From contig JAGCSI010000019.1 in NCBI GenBank assembly GCA_017964255.1, positions 8,286 to 72,285 of the forward strand: a DNA stretch of 64,000 bases, read 5' to 3'. The notes beneath the pieces were generated by a model. That model saw only the letters and a list, made by a program, of their open reading frames with translations, did no database searches and was not told the origin of the DNA. The DNA is from Bacteroidales bacterium. Its GTDB lineage: Bacteria; Bacteroidota; Bacteroidia; Bacteroidales; WCHB1-69. The translations under genes were made by a program, and so were the position numbers. Shown piece after piece: positions 19,046-31,600 of the stretch; positions within the stretch are counted from its first letter, which is position 1; each line of letters starts with the position of its first letter.

Positions 19046-19136
19046 TGTTCTGTTCCGTTGGGAACTTTTACCCTTACCTCAAAGCAACAAAAAAGGCGTT
19101 CGCCATTTCATTGTCTGCTTATTAACTTGGTGGGCT

Positions 19137-19253
19137 CTGGTAAACCTATGACGATAATAAGCACGAAATGTCTCACGCCTGAAACGTGAACCTTCTCGCT
19201 ATGCTTATTCTCTCGTCATTAAAATTTACCAGATTTTACCAAGTGAGAATAAG
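19137..19253 (-). other. Long imperfect hairpin with an alternative pairing partner, in the putative leader of the XRE gene
   Basis: ctggtaaa/tttaccag, tgacga/tcgtca and aataagca/tgcttatt form a ~95-nt hairpin. cttattctc (19204-19212) can instead pair with gagaataag (19245-19253). Confidence 0.4.
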
Positions 19254-19542
19254 AGCGTAAAGCTCAGTTGTTATATTTTATCTTCGTTTAATCTTCTATA
19301 GTTTCAATAATTTGGTTGCTAATCAAAATGATGATGCAAAGTTACAACAATTCCCTGAATTATCTTTAGGGTGGATAAATTTTTATATCGCTATTGTGGG
19401 AAATCTTTGGCATCAACATAGAAGAGTAACTCTCTCTCTTGCGGTAAGAGAGTGCCATCATCAGAGACTCTACATAACGTGCCGCAAGGAGAGTAGATCA
19501 AACATTCCAGTCCCCACACTTCCGTGAGGAGTTACTGAGATT

Positions 19543-19560
19543 CGGCCTCTTCAGAGGCCG
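19543..19560 (-). terminator. Stem-loop downstream of the dipeptidase gene
   Basis: cggcctc ttca gaggccg is a 7-bp GC-rich stem, 52 nt past the stop codon. Confidence 0.5.
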
Positions 19561-19611
19561 TAACCTGAGTGCCGATGCGAAAGATAGTCCTAATTGTCAA
19601 CTGTCAACTGT

Positions 19612-21213
19612 TTAGAATCCTGTCCAGAACATCTCCCAGAATTTGTGTTCCAGCTCCTGCCAGGTTTGGCGGGTGGCACCGGCAAAGTCTGAGGTGTAGT
19701 TGTTCAGCAGTTTTACAGCGTCTTCTTTCTTTCCATCTTGGAGCATCTTTACGGCCTTGTCTTCCAATGCGGGTAGCTCCTCAAAGGCTTTGTCCTCGTA
19801 GCGGAGAATGCTGCTCAGCATAATGTCTTTGGTGCGGCCCCATCTTACCTGGGCCAGCTTGTTGGCCTTGCGGTAATGCCACAACACGGCGTTGTCGTTG
19901 TAGCCGAAATGACCGCAGATGTTGAAGCCTGCGGGCAGTTTGGTCTCGCCGGCATAGATGGGAATACGGGGACTCTGTCCCGGGTTTTCCAAGGAGAACC
20001 AGCACAGACCACCCACTTCGTCGGGTAGCCATTCGCGGCACTGGATGATGGTGGAGTAAGAGCACCACGACATGGCCACGCCGCGGTAGAAGGTTATGGT
20101 GCCGGGCTTCAGGGCGTTATACAGGGCACGTTCGTTGCCGTCCATCCAGGGGTTGGCGTTGGGGCACACGATGGTGTCGATGAGGGTACTGCCGTCTTTC
20201 TGCTTGCGCTTGCGCTCAATCTTCAGCTGGGCAGTCTGATCCAGCAGCTCGGAGCCCTCGTAGTTGGCACGGAACAGCTCCATCACCTTGCGCACATCCA
20301 CTTTCTCGGCAGGCTTGATGGAGAAAGGCAGTTCGTCGGCCTCGAAATCCAAATGCAGGTCGGGATTCAATTCATTGAAAATGTACCATTCGCGCTCTTT
20401 GAAGTTCTTGTTGCCCGAATAGCTTGAGGGGAAGGCTTTCCACCAGATGAAATCACCTTTGCCATCCCATAAACCGTATTTTTTGGCCACTGCTTCGATG
20501 TTGTCGGAGGCGAGGAAATGGTCTTTGTCTTTGCGGTTGATTTTGCCGATACGGGCCACATTGCAGCTCACGGCCACCTCGTCGTCGGGCACACGCTGGG
20601 CCACCCAGATGCCACCAATTTTGTCAGGACCCTCGCCCAAAATCTCCATCTGCCACACTTCGCGTTTGTCGGCAATGGTGATGCACTCGCCGCCGTCACC
20701 GTAGCCATATTCCTTAATCAGTTTGCCAATCAGCAGGATGGCGTCACGGGCATTGTCGCAGCGTTGCAGGGCAATGCGTTGCAGCTCCTCAATCAGAAAC
20801 ATGCCTTTTTCGTTCACCAGGGTGTCGGGACCGGAGAAGGTGCTCTCGCCCATAGCCAGCTGCTTCTCGTTCATGCAGGGGTAGGAGGTGTTCATATAAG
20901 CGTAGGTGTGGGGTGCTTCGGGAATCTCGCCCACCAGCTCCATGCCTTCCATGCTGTTGGGGGTCTGTGTGTGCATGGTGCCTTTGTAAACCTTGTGCAT
21001 AGTGCCTTCCTTGTGGTCGGCGGCGGGTTCCATGGTCACCCAAGTGCGGTATTTGCTGTCGCATGTGTGCGAGGTGATGACCGAGCCGTCGGCAGATGCC
21101 TTGCGGCCTACCATGATGGAGGTGCAGTTGGCGCCCACCAATTCATCTTCCTGGGCGAAAGAAAATAATACAAAAATGCTGAATAACAGGGTTAAGAGGC
21201 TTCTTTTCTTCAT
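19612..21213 (-). CDS. C69 family dipeptidase
   Basis: 533 aa. Signal peptide followed by CTSIMVGRKASADGSVITSHTCD (N-terminal nucleophile Cys). Confidence 0.85.
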   Translation of the reverse strand: MKKRSLLTLLFSIFVLFSFAQEDELVGANCTSIMVGRKASADGSVITSHTCDSKYRTWVTMEPAADHKEGTMHKVYKGTMHTQTPNSMEGMELVGEIPEAPHTYAYMNTSYPCMNEKQLAMGESTFSGPDTLVNEKGMFLIEELQRIALQRCDNARDAILLIGKLIKEYGYGDGGECITIADKREVWQMEILGEGPDKIGGIWVAQRVPDDEVAVSCNVARIGKINRKDKDHFLASDNIEAVAKKYGLWDGKGDFIWWKAFPSSYSGNKNFKEREWYIFNELNPDLHLDFEADELPFSIKPAEKVDVRKVMELFRANYEGSELLDQTAQLKIERKRKQKDGSTLIDTIVCPNANPWMDGNERALYNALKPGTITFYRGVAMSWCSYSTIIQCREWLPDEVGGLCWFSLENPGQSPRIPIYAGETKLPAGFNICGHFGYNDNAVLWHYRKANKLAQVRWGRTKDIMLSSILRYEDKAFEELPALEDKAVKMLQDGKKEDAVKLLNNYTSDFAGATRQTWQELEHKFWEMFWTGF

Positions 21214-21289
21214 GTTGCTGTAAATTATAATTGATTATTTTTATTCTGATTTTTCAAATGCAAAGATAAAAAATTTGTTTTTACCAAGA

Positions 21290-21578
21290 GTGTCGAAGAC
21301 ACGATATTCTATTACCCCCGCACAACTTATTGTGTGGGGTACAATGGCAAGTACTTTGCTCTTACGTGTCGAAGGCACGATATTCTATTAACCCCTAACA
21401 AGGCCGAAGGCCGCAGTTTGGGGTGGCGATGCTCTTGGCGGGAATACAGCGTGCCGAAGGTACGCTACTTCATAGGGTGTCATTGTAGTGGCGTGTCTTC
21501 GACACGCTATATGAGATGACATGTTTCTCACCCCACACTTACGTGCGGGGTTAATAGGATGGTGTGCCTTTGGCACAC
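21290..21578. repeat. R1-related multi-hairpin repeat cluster
   Basis: gtgtcgaagacac, cccccgcacaa..ttgtgtgggg, gtgccgaaggtacgc, ccccacact..gtgcgggg and gtgtgcctttggcacac, the same hairpin vocabulary as R1. More hairpins extend to ~21760. Confidence 0.75.
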
Positions 21579-21853
21579 AGGTTGATATTCGTGTGGTACG
21601 GATACGGGTGTATGTGGATATGGACGCATGCGATGCGTCCCTACATACCGTGTGGATGTCGTGGTGCGGCTGCCACGATGTGACGGCCCTACATTACGAG
21701 GAGGTAGATGTTTGCAGTCCGATACGACACGGCATTGAAGATGCCAAATCTAAATAACCCAGGCGGGAGTTTGGGGTGAATTGTGATGTAAACAATTTAA
21801 TAGATAAACAATTCAACAAAAAAATGTATTTTTGCATTTTATATCTGAAAAAA

Positions 21854-22555
21854 ATGAAAAAACAAGACTGGTTGCTTATTTTGGGTGTCGTGATCGTGCT
21901 GACACCGTTCTTTATTCCCGCTACGGGCTTTTTCGCATGGTTTAACAACGCTACGGCTACCCATCCCTTTATCATGGCTTTCTTCAAATTTGCTATCCTG
22001 GCTACTTTGGGCGAGATGCTGGCTTTGCGTATCCGAAAAGGTGTTTATACCGAAAAGGGCTTTGGGGTGTTGCCCCGCATGATGGTCTGGGGCTTCCTGG
22101 GCATGTGCATCACTATGGCGATGATGATCTTCAAGTCGGGAACTCCGTTTTTCATGTCCAAGGTGGCGTCTTGCGACTATGCCTCGCTGATGGATGTGTT
22201 CAATTCACCAACCCTTACCTGGGGCAAGGTGGGTATCGCTTTCTGTGTCAGTGTAGCCATGAACACCATCTTCGCACCGGTGATGATGACCTTCCACAAA
22301 TGTACTGATATTCATATTTTGGAGACAGGTGGCACGGTAGCCGGTCTGCTGAAACCTATGGATATGAAGCGCATGTTGGGCAGCATCAACTGGGATGTCC
22401 AGTGGGGCCTGGTCTTCAAGAAAACCATTCCCTTGTTCTGGTATCCTGCCCATACCATCACTTTCATCCTGCCGCCGAATTTGCAGGTACTGTTCGCCGC
22501 GCTGTTAGGTGTCGCCCTTGGCCTGATTTTGGCCCTGGCCAATCCTCAAAAATAG
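21854..22555 (+). CDS. Multi-pass membrane protein, family not recognised
   Basis: 233 aa from MKKQDWLLILGVVIV with several hydrophobic spans. Start chosen at ATG 21854 rather than the track start. Confidence 0.6.
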   Translation: MKKQDWLLILGVVIVLTPFFIPATGFFAWFNNATATHPFIMAFFKFAILATLGEMLALRIRKGVYTEKGFGVLPRMMVWGFLGMCITMAMMIFKSGTPFFMSKVASCDYASLMDVFNSPTLTWGKVGIAFCVSVAMNTIFAPVMMTFHKCTDIHILETGGTVAGLLKPMDMKRMLGSINWDVQWGLVFKKTIPLFWYPAHTITFILPPNLQVLFAALLGVALGLILALANPQK

Positions 22556-22634
22556 AGGGAAATATCATAAAACACCATTCCGGGAATAGCATCAGTATTA
22601 GTTCCTGATCCAATACAAAGGGGCTGTCCGTAGG

Positions 22635-25600
22635 TTAAAAGACGGTGACAGTCCCTTTTTTCTTGTTTTCATTTCCTGTTCCGTCGGTGTAAAAGATCAC
22701 GTAGTTGTAGATGCTGTATTTTGTCATTTTTCCGTTATAAGAGCCATCCCATTTGAAATGGGAGTCATTGGACTGGAATACAAGTTCTCCCCATCTTGAA
22801 TAGATTACAATCTCCTGGAATTGGATTTCTCCACTGAAATAGATGGAGAAATAATCGTTGATGCCGTCTTTATTGCTGGGAGTGAATGAATTGGGTACAT
22901 AGAAGGTGCCTTCACCGCCATTTACACGTGGTATGTGTACTTCCTGAAGGGTGGAGCAGGCTTCATCGGTAATCAAAATCCAGTAATCACCAGCGTCAAG
23001 TCCATAGACAATCAGTTGATTGGTGTATTCGTCCAAACGTATGGTTAGATATGGATCTGCGAACCATTCAATGGTATAGTTCCCGTAAAAATGGTTCACT
23101 TGCAGGGTAACCGCTCCGTCATGCATGTTGAGCATGGCTTCGATATTGGTGATTTCGATTTCCGGAGGAGTGATATTGTCCACGGTGATATCGTATAGGG
23201 TCTGGCTACAGCCCATTTGGTCGGTTGCGGTGACATGATAGTTGCCTGCAGAAAGGTTGTAAATCTGGTTTTCGTTGGTATTGTAGCCATTGGACCATAG
23301 TAGTGTTACAGGGGGAAAGTCGGTTTGTACGTCTATGCCGATACTGCCATTGCGTCCTTCGCAGGTCTCATCATGAATGTTGTTGATTGAAATACCAGGT
23401 AATTCGCTGGTCTCTACCAATATGCTGTCCTGTACTTCGCAGAATTGGTTGCTGGAAGTCAGAATGTAGTGACTCGATTGTGGTGGTGTCGCTGTGATTA
23501 CAGCACTGTCTGTGGCAGAAATAATGCTTCCATCGGGATTCGAAGACCATTGATAGCTAAATGGATGGATGCTGCTTACGGCAAGATGTATGGTGTCGTT
23601 GGGACAGACTAACTGGGGCGACTGCAAAAGGATTTGAGGATACGGCAGCACCACAATAGTTGTAGTGGCATTCTTGGCGCATCCGGTCTGGCTGTTGTAA
23701 GCATGCAAGGAATAAACACTGGTGGTGGCAGGGTGTTCCACAATGTGGGTGCCCGTGCTGCCCGTGCTCCATGTGTACTGGTCTGCCGAGCCGTAATACC
23801 ACAGTGTGGTACTGTCACCTACGCAAATGGTATCTTTGGTAACCATTAAATTCAGATTGAAATCAGGCTTCACCTGAACTTCCGTGTGTTTGGTAGTGAC
23901 ACAGCCGTGCTCATCGATGGAGCTTACGGAGTAGGTCGTGTTTTCGGTGGGTGTAATGGTAAAGCTGCTGCTGGTCTCACCATTGCTCCACAAGTAATTC
24001 CAGGCTCCCGAAACGGTTAAAGTCAGGCTTTCTCCCAAACAGAGGGCAGTGTCGGGAGTGATTTGCATAGGAAGAGGTGGATATACATTAATATGTACAG
24101 TTACCGAGTCAATACAACCGTACTGGTTGACAATCCGTCCGACATAGTCGGTGGTTACCTCGGGCTGAACCAAAGTTCTATTGTTATCGTGATAAATGAT
24201 GCCGGTCATCGGTGACCAGGTCCAGTCGTTTTGTCCGCTGATGCTGATTTGGGCGGTGTCGCCTACACAAAGGGTTTGAGGGGGCACTCCGATTGAATAA
24301 TCCGGAATAGGATAAATGGCGATATCTATGCTGTCGCTGGCAGTACACAAAAATTCAGTATAAGCGGTAACTTTGTATTGTCCGTTAGTTAATTGGTTGA
24401 TAATCAAGCTGTCGCCCACATGGCCTGTGCTCCACTGGTAGGATGCGGCATTGCCAACCGCTTTCAAACGGATTTGTTCTCCAAGACACACCACGGTCTC
24501 ATCGGCCAGAATGGAAACCTGAGGCCGAGGCTTCACATCAACAAATCTTTCCGCTTGGAAATGACAACCGTACACATTGGTGAGAGTGGCCGTGTAAGTG
24601 GTCGGAACCAAAGGTGATACCTTGATGATGTCGGTGGTGTCAAGTGTGCTCCATAAGATGTTTGTGTAATTCTGGTTAGAGACATACAACACAATGCTGT
24701 CGTCTTTGCAGATGTATTCCTGGTAAGGAAGTATGTTGAAAACAGGATCAGGCATCCTTACTATCGGATATTCAGCGGTAGTAACACAATTGACACTAGT
24801 GTTTATGGCGGTCAGTGTGTAAACGGTGCTTTCGGTCGGATATACCGTGATGACCGAGTCTCTGCTTCCAGTACTCCATTCGTAGGTGTCGCCCGCTCCG
24901 TATGCCATGAGTGTGATGGCATTGTTTTCCAGACAGAAACTGTCGCGAGAGGCGATGATGTTGATATCAAACATGGGGAATACTATTACTTTCAGACTGT
25001 CAATGGTCTGACAGTGATACTGGTTGTACGAGGTGACGGTATAAACACTTGTTGTATCGGGAGTTACTGTCCTGAAATCGTTGGTGGAACCATCTTCCCA
25101 GATATAGGAAGATGCTCCTGATACCCTGAAGGAGAAATCGTTGCCTTGACAGATTTCCACTTCATGCGGCATGCTGAGTTCAGGTACGGGATAAACATTC
25201 ATGTGGAAGGACATGGAATCCACACATCCGTATTCATTGGTAAGACGGATCGTATAGGTCTGGCTTTCCGACAGCGTAATGGTGACGGAAGAGTCTGAGA
25301 TCTCTGACAATCCGACGTTAGGATACCAATCGCATTGGTTGAGGCCGCTGGTACGCACCGTTACAGGCACGTTGGCACAGGTACTTCTGGGACCGCGCAC
25401 ACTGTCTTGCGGCATGATGTCAATGACCTGGATATTCAGTGTGTCGGTGCCAATGCAATTGTTGGTGTCAATACCCATGACAATATACTGTTGCCCTTGT
25501 TCTGCCACATGGGTAATGGTTTGGCTATTGCCTAACATCTGGTTGTTGAGGAACCACATGTAGCGACGGGCTCCGGTGGCGGACAGCTCTGCTTCGCTGT

Positions 25601-28600
25601 GAAGACAGACAATTTCGGGCTCGACGGAAGCATGAATCACCGGAACAGGGAACACCTGGACGAACTCTGTGTCAATGGCACTGCAAACCACTCCGTCAAT
25701 GGCATAGTAACCCCTGATATAATAGGTCGTGTTGGTGTCGGGTGAGACAAAGGTAACCTGTCCATCGCTCACTATCGTATTGTCGGCAGGAACCGAACTC
25801 CATTGGTAGTTGGTGCTGAAAATATTACTTTGCACAGTGATACCCAAGAAGTTGGAACCATTATTACATAGGAATCCCGGATAGGATACATTCACATCCA
25901 ATTGCGGAAGAGGATAAACCATCACTTCTATTGGCAGGTCACTTTTACAACCAAATTCATCAGTACCTACAACCTGATAACGTGCGGAAGGCAGTTCTTC
26001 CGGCAGGGTTGGATAGGGATTACCAGTATAGATCAAACAGGTCTTATCATTGTTGAACCACTGATATTCAACAGCTCCTGACATGTCAATGATAAGGCTG
26101 TCACCTAAACACATGCTATGGGGGGCATTGGAATGGAGAACGGGAAGCTGATGTACGGTAATTTTAACAGAATCTACTGTTTTACAATGAGTTGTTGTAT
26201 CTGTAACCTGAACCGTATATAAACAGGTGGTTTGGGGTGATGCCAAAGGATTGGCAATATTGATGGCACTCAGAGAGAAAAAGTTGTCCCATGCGTATTG
26301 ATGACCATTACTGCTGATATTGAGTTGAACGGTATCTCCTCGGCAAATGGCGGAATCAGAGACGATGATGTTGACTTCAGGATGCTCATGCACGGTAACG
26401 GTGTAAACTTCAGTGTCGTAGCACCCGTGCGGATTCATGGCTTGTATGGTATAGTCGGTGGTTTGTGTGGGTGAGATTGTGATGACATTGACATTCCCTA
26501 TGCTGTTAGTTGTACCATCCTCGTACCAGCTGTAAGAAATGCCCCCGCTGGCCATTAAACTTAAAGAGTCTCCCAAACAAATATGCCCTCCTTCAGAAGT
26601 GGCTGCAATGTTGATATCGGGAAGAGCATGGATGATATATGGTATTTGCAAAGAAGTATTGCAACCGAACTCATTTAAGAAACCTGTAACGGTAAATATT
26701 TCCGTATGGTCTTGAACACTGCTTACAGGGTGAACGGTGGCGGAACCGTCACTGTTGCCTGAGAGAATGGCGTTGGGAACCCATTCGTAACTGTCCGCAC
26801 CCGTTACCATGATGAATCCCGTGTCGTTGGCACAGATGGGCGAACTGCTGTTTTGCACCGACAGGGTGGGGACTACCATGACGATGACATCCACTGTATC
26901 GCGGGTGTAGCAACTTACATTGTGGGCAGTATTCCCCACGAGTACACTGTATTGTTGTGACTGGTACAAATATGGTGTGACAATGGAATAGGTAGTGCTG
27001 CCATTGCTCCATACAATGCTCTCGAAGTCTCCTATCGCCGATATGGTGACATTGCCGCCTGCACAAACGGTGTCTGCAGACAGCCTCAGTTCAATGCTCG
27101 GCGAAGGGTTGATATTCAGGCTATAGCTAGTGCTGTTCCTGCAGCCGTGTTCATCGGTGCCTATAACCTGATAGTTTTGACTAAGAGGTGGCGTAATCTG
27201 CAGATGGTCTCCAACTTGTCCGTTGCTCCATACATAGTCTTGCGCACCGGAAGCTATCAGGGTATAGCTTTCGTTATCACAAAAATAATTGCTATTATGC
27301 TCACTGCGAATAGAGACAGTGGGCAGTGGATGGGTCTCCACTGTTTTGCTTATTTCCAAATAACAACCATATTCGGTGGTGGCTTTGACACGATAGGTGG
27401 TGTTTTGCAGCTGGGTGGTCCATACTGTGTCGTTGGATGACTGTTCTTGTGTGATAGGCTGATACCAATGGTATATGTAGTTGCCTGACAGGGTCATCAT
27501 GATGGTGTCGGTGACACAAAGGTCTGAAGGAGCGGTTATTTCCTCGCGTGGCATGGGATGTACCGTAATCAAAGCCTGCCCTTGCCGGTGACATCCATAT
27601 AGATTCACCAGATCAACAGTAAGGGTATCCGTATAAGAATATGGAATATCTTGCAAGGGATGATAGGTGAACTGCGGAGTCGAGGTCCCCAAGCCGGGAT
27701 AACTCCAATAATATTCCATATTGCTGAATGACGGATAGATGGTTACATTAACGGTCCCGTCATAGCACAAACTGGTATCAGTTAATTCAATGTCAAATAC
27801 GGGGGGTAATCCATTAACCACAATGTTATGACTTGCAGAACTCATACAGTTGAAGTCGGAATAGGCATTGACCTGATAAACAGTGCTGTTTTCGGGACTG
27901 ATTTGAATGCTGCGGTTCGTATCGCCAGTCGTCCACACAAAATGACGGGCATCGCCTTCCACTGTCAATACTGTGTTATCACCCACACAGAGGGTGTCCT
28001 GTTCGGACACAATGTTGATGATAGGATAAGGCATTACCACCACAGTGTCATAAATAAGCATTGAGCAGTTGGTAGAGGCATTCAATACAAACAAGGATAC
28101 CACAAGATTTGTTTCGCTGGTGGTACTGTCCGAGGTCATTGTGATGGAATTACTATTGAACAACGGATTTTGATTCCATTCGAATGTACTTCCTCCGTAT
28201 GCTGTAAATGTCACTTCGCTATTGGGACAGATACTGTCGGCACTGGCGACAATATTCATGGGGAAATAGGGAATTACATTAACTGTCACCTCTCCATAGG
28301 AACCACAGCCTATATAATCATACACAAAAACATGATACGTAGTGGTGTCGACAGGCGCCACCACGATGCTGTCGGTAGTGCTGTGGTCGGGGTCGTCCCA
28401 AAGGAAAAACAGACCACCGGAAGCCTGTAATACCGTACTGTCGTTTCGACAAATGGTAATATCTGGGGAAAGTGTTGGCGTAGGAAATTCAAATACCGCA
28501 ATGGTTACACGTGTGGTATCGGTGCAGCCATATTCATTCTCGTAGCTCACCGTATATACGGTTGTTGTGGAAGGTGTTACTATGGCCGTGTCTCCCGACA

Positions 28601-31600
28601 CAGAAACTTCAACATCTGGATTGTGCCATTGGTAATTCAAAGCACGTCCGGAAAGCACCAGCGTTTTGGAACTATTGGCGCAGATACTGTCATTGCTCAA
28701 TATCTCGTGTTCTGGCGAGGGAAGGATGGTAAGAGGCACACTTCTTTTAGCAGAGCACCCGTTTCCATCAATTCCGGTAACGAAATATTCCATAGCTGTT
28801 TGTGGCTCTACAATTCTGATATTAGTAGTGGTGCTGTCATCCCATAGCCAACTTACAATTGTGGCGCCTGAAGCATGGAGTGTACTGCTGGAACGGGGAC
28901 AAATGACACCGGGCTCTGCCGTGATTTCTATTTCGGGCTGGGGATATAAATGAACGGGGAAATACAGAATGGTGTCGCAACCGTTAGGATGAATCACCCT
29001 CAGTTGATAGGTGCAGGAACTGTCTGGGATAATGCTGAACATGGCTTCCCTACCAATGATGTTGTCAGTCCCAACCTCTTGCCATTCAAAGCTATAGTTT
29101 GTCTCCTCGTCAATCATGTTTACCTTGAAAAAGGCTGTGTCCTGCTCACAAATGTAGGAAGTGCTATAAATATCCGAAATTTTGGGCTTCGGAAGCACAC
29201 TGACATGGATAAAAGCGTTTGTACGATTGCGGCAACCATTGCTGTCCGTACCCAAAACTCGGTAATCAGCATCTTGTAAAGGTTGTACCCAAAGCGAGTC
29301 AGCGGCCCCGTCTTGTAGGGTAGTATATTCAAAATCAATTAAATGGTCGGTCTGAATAATTGTTACTTTGAATCGTTTGGAGAAGCCGGAATAAGATTCG
29401 GGACATCGAAAGCCAGGGTCATGAAGTTCGTCCACATAGAAAGTGTCGATTCTGTTTAAATTCGGCTGCGTTTGCTGTACTAAAACGATGCCGTTTTCAG
29501 AATTGATATTGCGTATCGTGGAGCATATTTCAGAACCGTTTATACCCTGAATCACGCGGGTATAGGTGCTGTCCCATCGAAGTGTGTCTATTTTTTGCCA
29601 TATATAATGGTCAAGTCCTGATGCCCGCATTAAAAGACTGTCACCGTAACATAGCGTGTATTCACTTACATAGTTCAGGTCAGCCATAGGATTGATAGAT
29701 ATTTTCAGGGTGTCGTAGCTGACACACCCATTGTCATCGGTACCTCGTAAGTAAACCCTGTCATTTCTAGTCGGCGTGAAAATGGTAATTTCATCCTGAT
29801 GAGTAATGGGGGAAGAAAGGGTGTCATGGAGGGCTGTCCAATTGTAGGTAAGGTTGTTGTGTGCCGTCAAATCCAAAGGTTCTCCCTCGCATGTGATTAG
29901 CCAGGAGGTGTCCATGTCGTTTACCCACAGTGTCACGTCGGGCAGTGTGTCCACATGGAAATGAATAATGGCGCGGGTTACAGAATGCCCCTCGGTATAA
30001 GCGGTGAGCATGAGAAAACCGTCCTCGGTAATGGGACCGGTGGTGTAACAACCGGAACTGTATTCCCCGGGAATGCTCATTATATATGTGTTGGTATCGT
30101 TGACAATGTAAGAGCTGTCTAACTCTATGTTGGGGATGTGCAGGATGTATGGAGATTGCCATACCAACCTCTTTTGAACGGGTTGTATGTCTGCGTTGAT
30201 GGAAAAGTTATAACAGAAATAGAAAGAATCACCATAGCAAACCCTTTGATTGGTCTCGTGTATAATGATGTTGGTATTGGTGCCGGGTTCAGCGCAACCG
30301 CATGCATTGGTGGAGTCAATATAGGCTCCACTGGGGATATACACCGAATCGGTCATCACAATAAAATCCTGAACACTGTCCCCTAATGTTACAAAATAGG
30401 AATAGCAGAATACGTTACTGTACACCACATCCAAGCTGGTTGACGAATCAGTGGCGTTTTCATTGGTGCAATTCGAATAGACGGAAATGGTATAGAAATA
30501 ACACTCGTTGGGATTCAATCCGTTGATAATTTGAAAAGTGTCGATAGTACTTCCCGAAAAGATTGGCGTACTGTCTGATGCCGTGTATATATCATAATTG
30601 TAAGTCAGATCATTGCCTTCTCCGGGAATCCAGTTGATGAACGCAGTGGTGTCACTGTTCATGTATCCGTAAAGGTTTAATGGCAAACCGGGAGTTTGAC
30701 AGCACTTGGCCTGCAACTCAAAACCACCGGAGGTACAGGTCGAGTCGGATTGCATACGCAAGGTAATGGGTTGGCCAGGGGTCGCTGACATAAATTCAGG
30801 CTCGTCTTCATTGCCTAATTGGTGCGAGCCTGGACCCGTGATGGTGTCGTATGGAACCAGGGTGGAGTCGAGGGTGATGTCGCCATTGTATATGAACAGC
30901 GTATCCCCGCATTCCATCAAGCTGTTACCCCATATTTTCAGTTTTGAACGAAGGTCACCAGGATACAGTACTAAATATCCGTTTTCGTTGTTCGAGTAGT
31001 CACCGCTGGCATCGTCTTGCTGTGAGTTTGTACCGGAGTCGTATATGAAATGGTTGTCGTCGTTACATACCAGATTTCGAACAACACCATATCGGCCCCA
31101 TACAATGTACGCATCGTCATCAGCTCTTCGCCTTTGATTGAATCTTAACAGAATGGTGTCGGGCGTGCAGGCACAAAAGTCCTCGCTGTTCAGGTATCGG
31201 TCGCCACGGTTGACCATAATACCTACCACACCCGTGTAATTGGCTCTCCATGAAAGTCCTGCTGCCGCATTGCCGGGTACGGTAGAGTTGACCGCACGGT
31301 CTGAAACAACGGCAGAGGTCTGGAAATCATCGTAAAAAAGGGTGATTTTAGTACGAAGTTGGTCGTTGCCGTGAGTGGGTACGTTGCCATAGCTGATATC
31401 GGTATTCCATTCATAGATGCCGTTGGCCTCCACATAGAATCGGTATATCATGCCGCATTGGATGCGTAATGTGTCTCCCATGAAATAGGTGATGTGGGGT
31501 ATTCCATTCGTGTCATACTCAAGATAGGAGTCCCTGAAGAGCATGGAGTTAAAATGATGAATCCGCAAATCTCCCGCAGCAATTGTAGCGGAGTCAGGAG

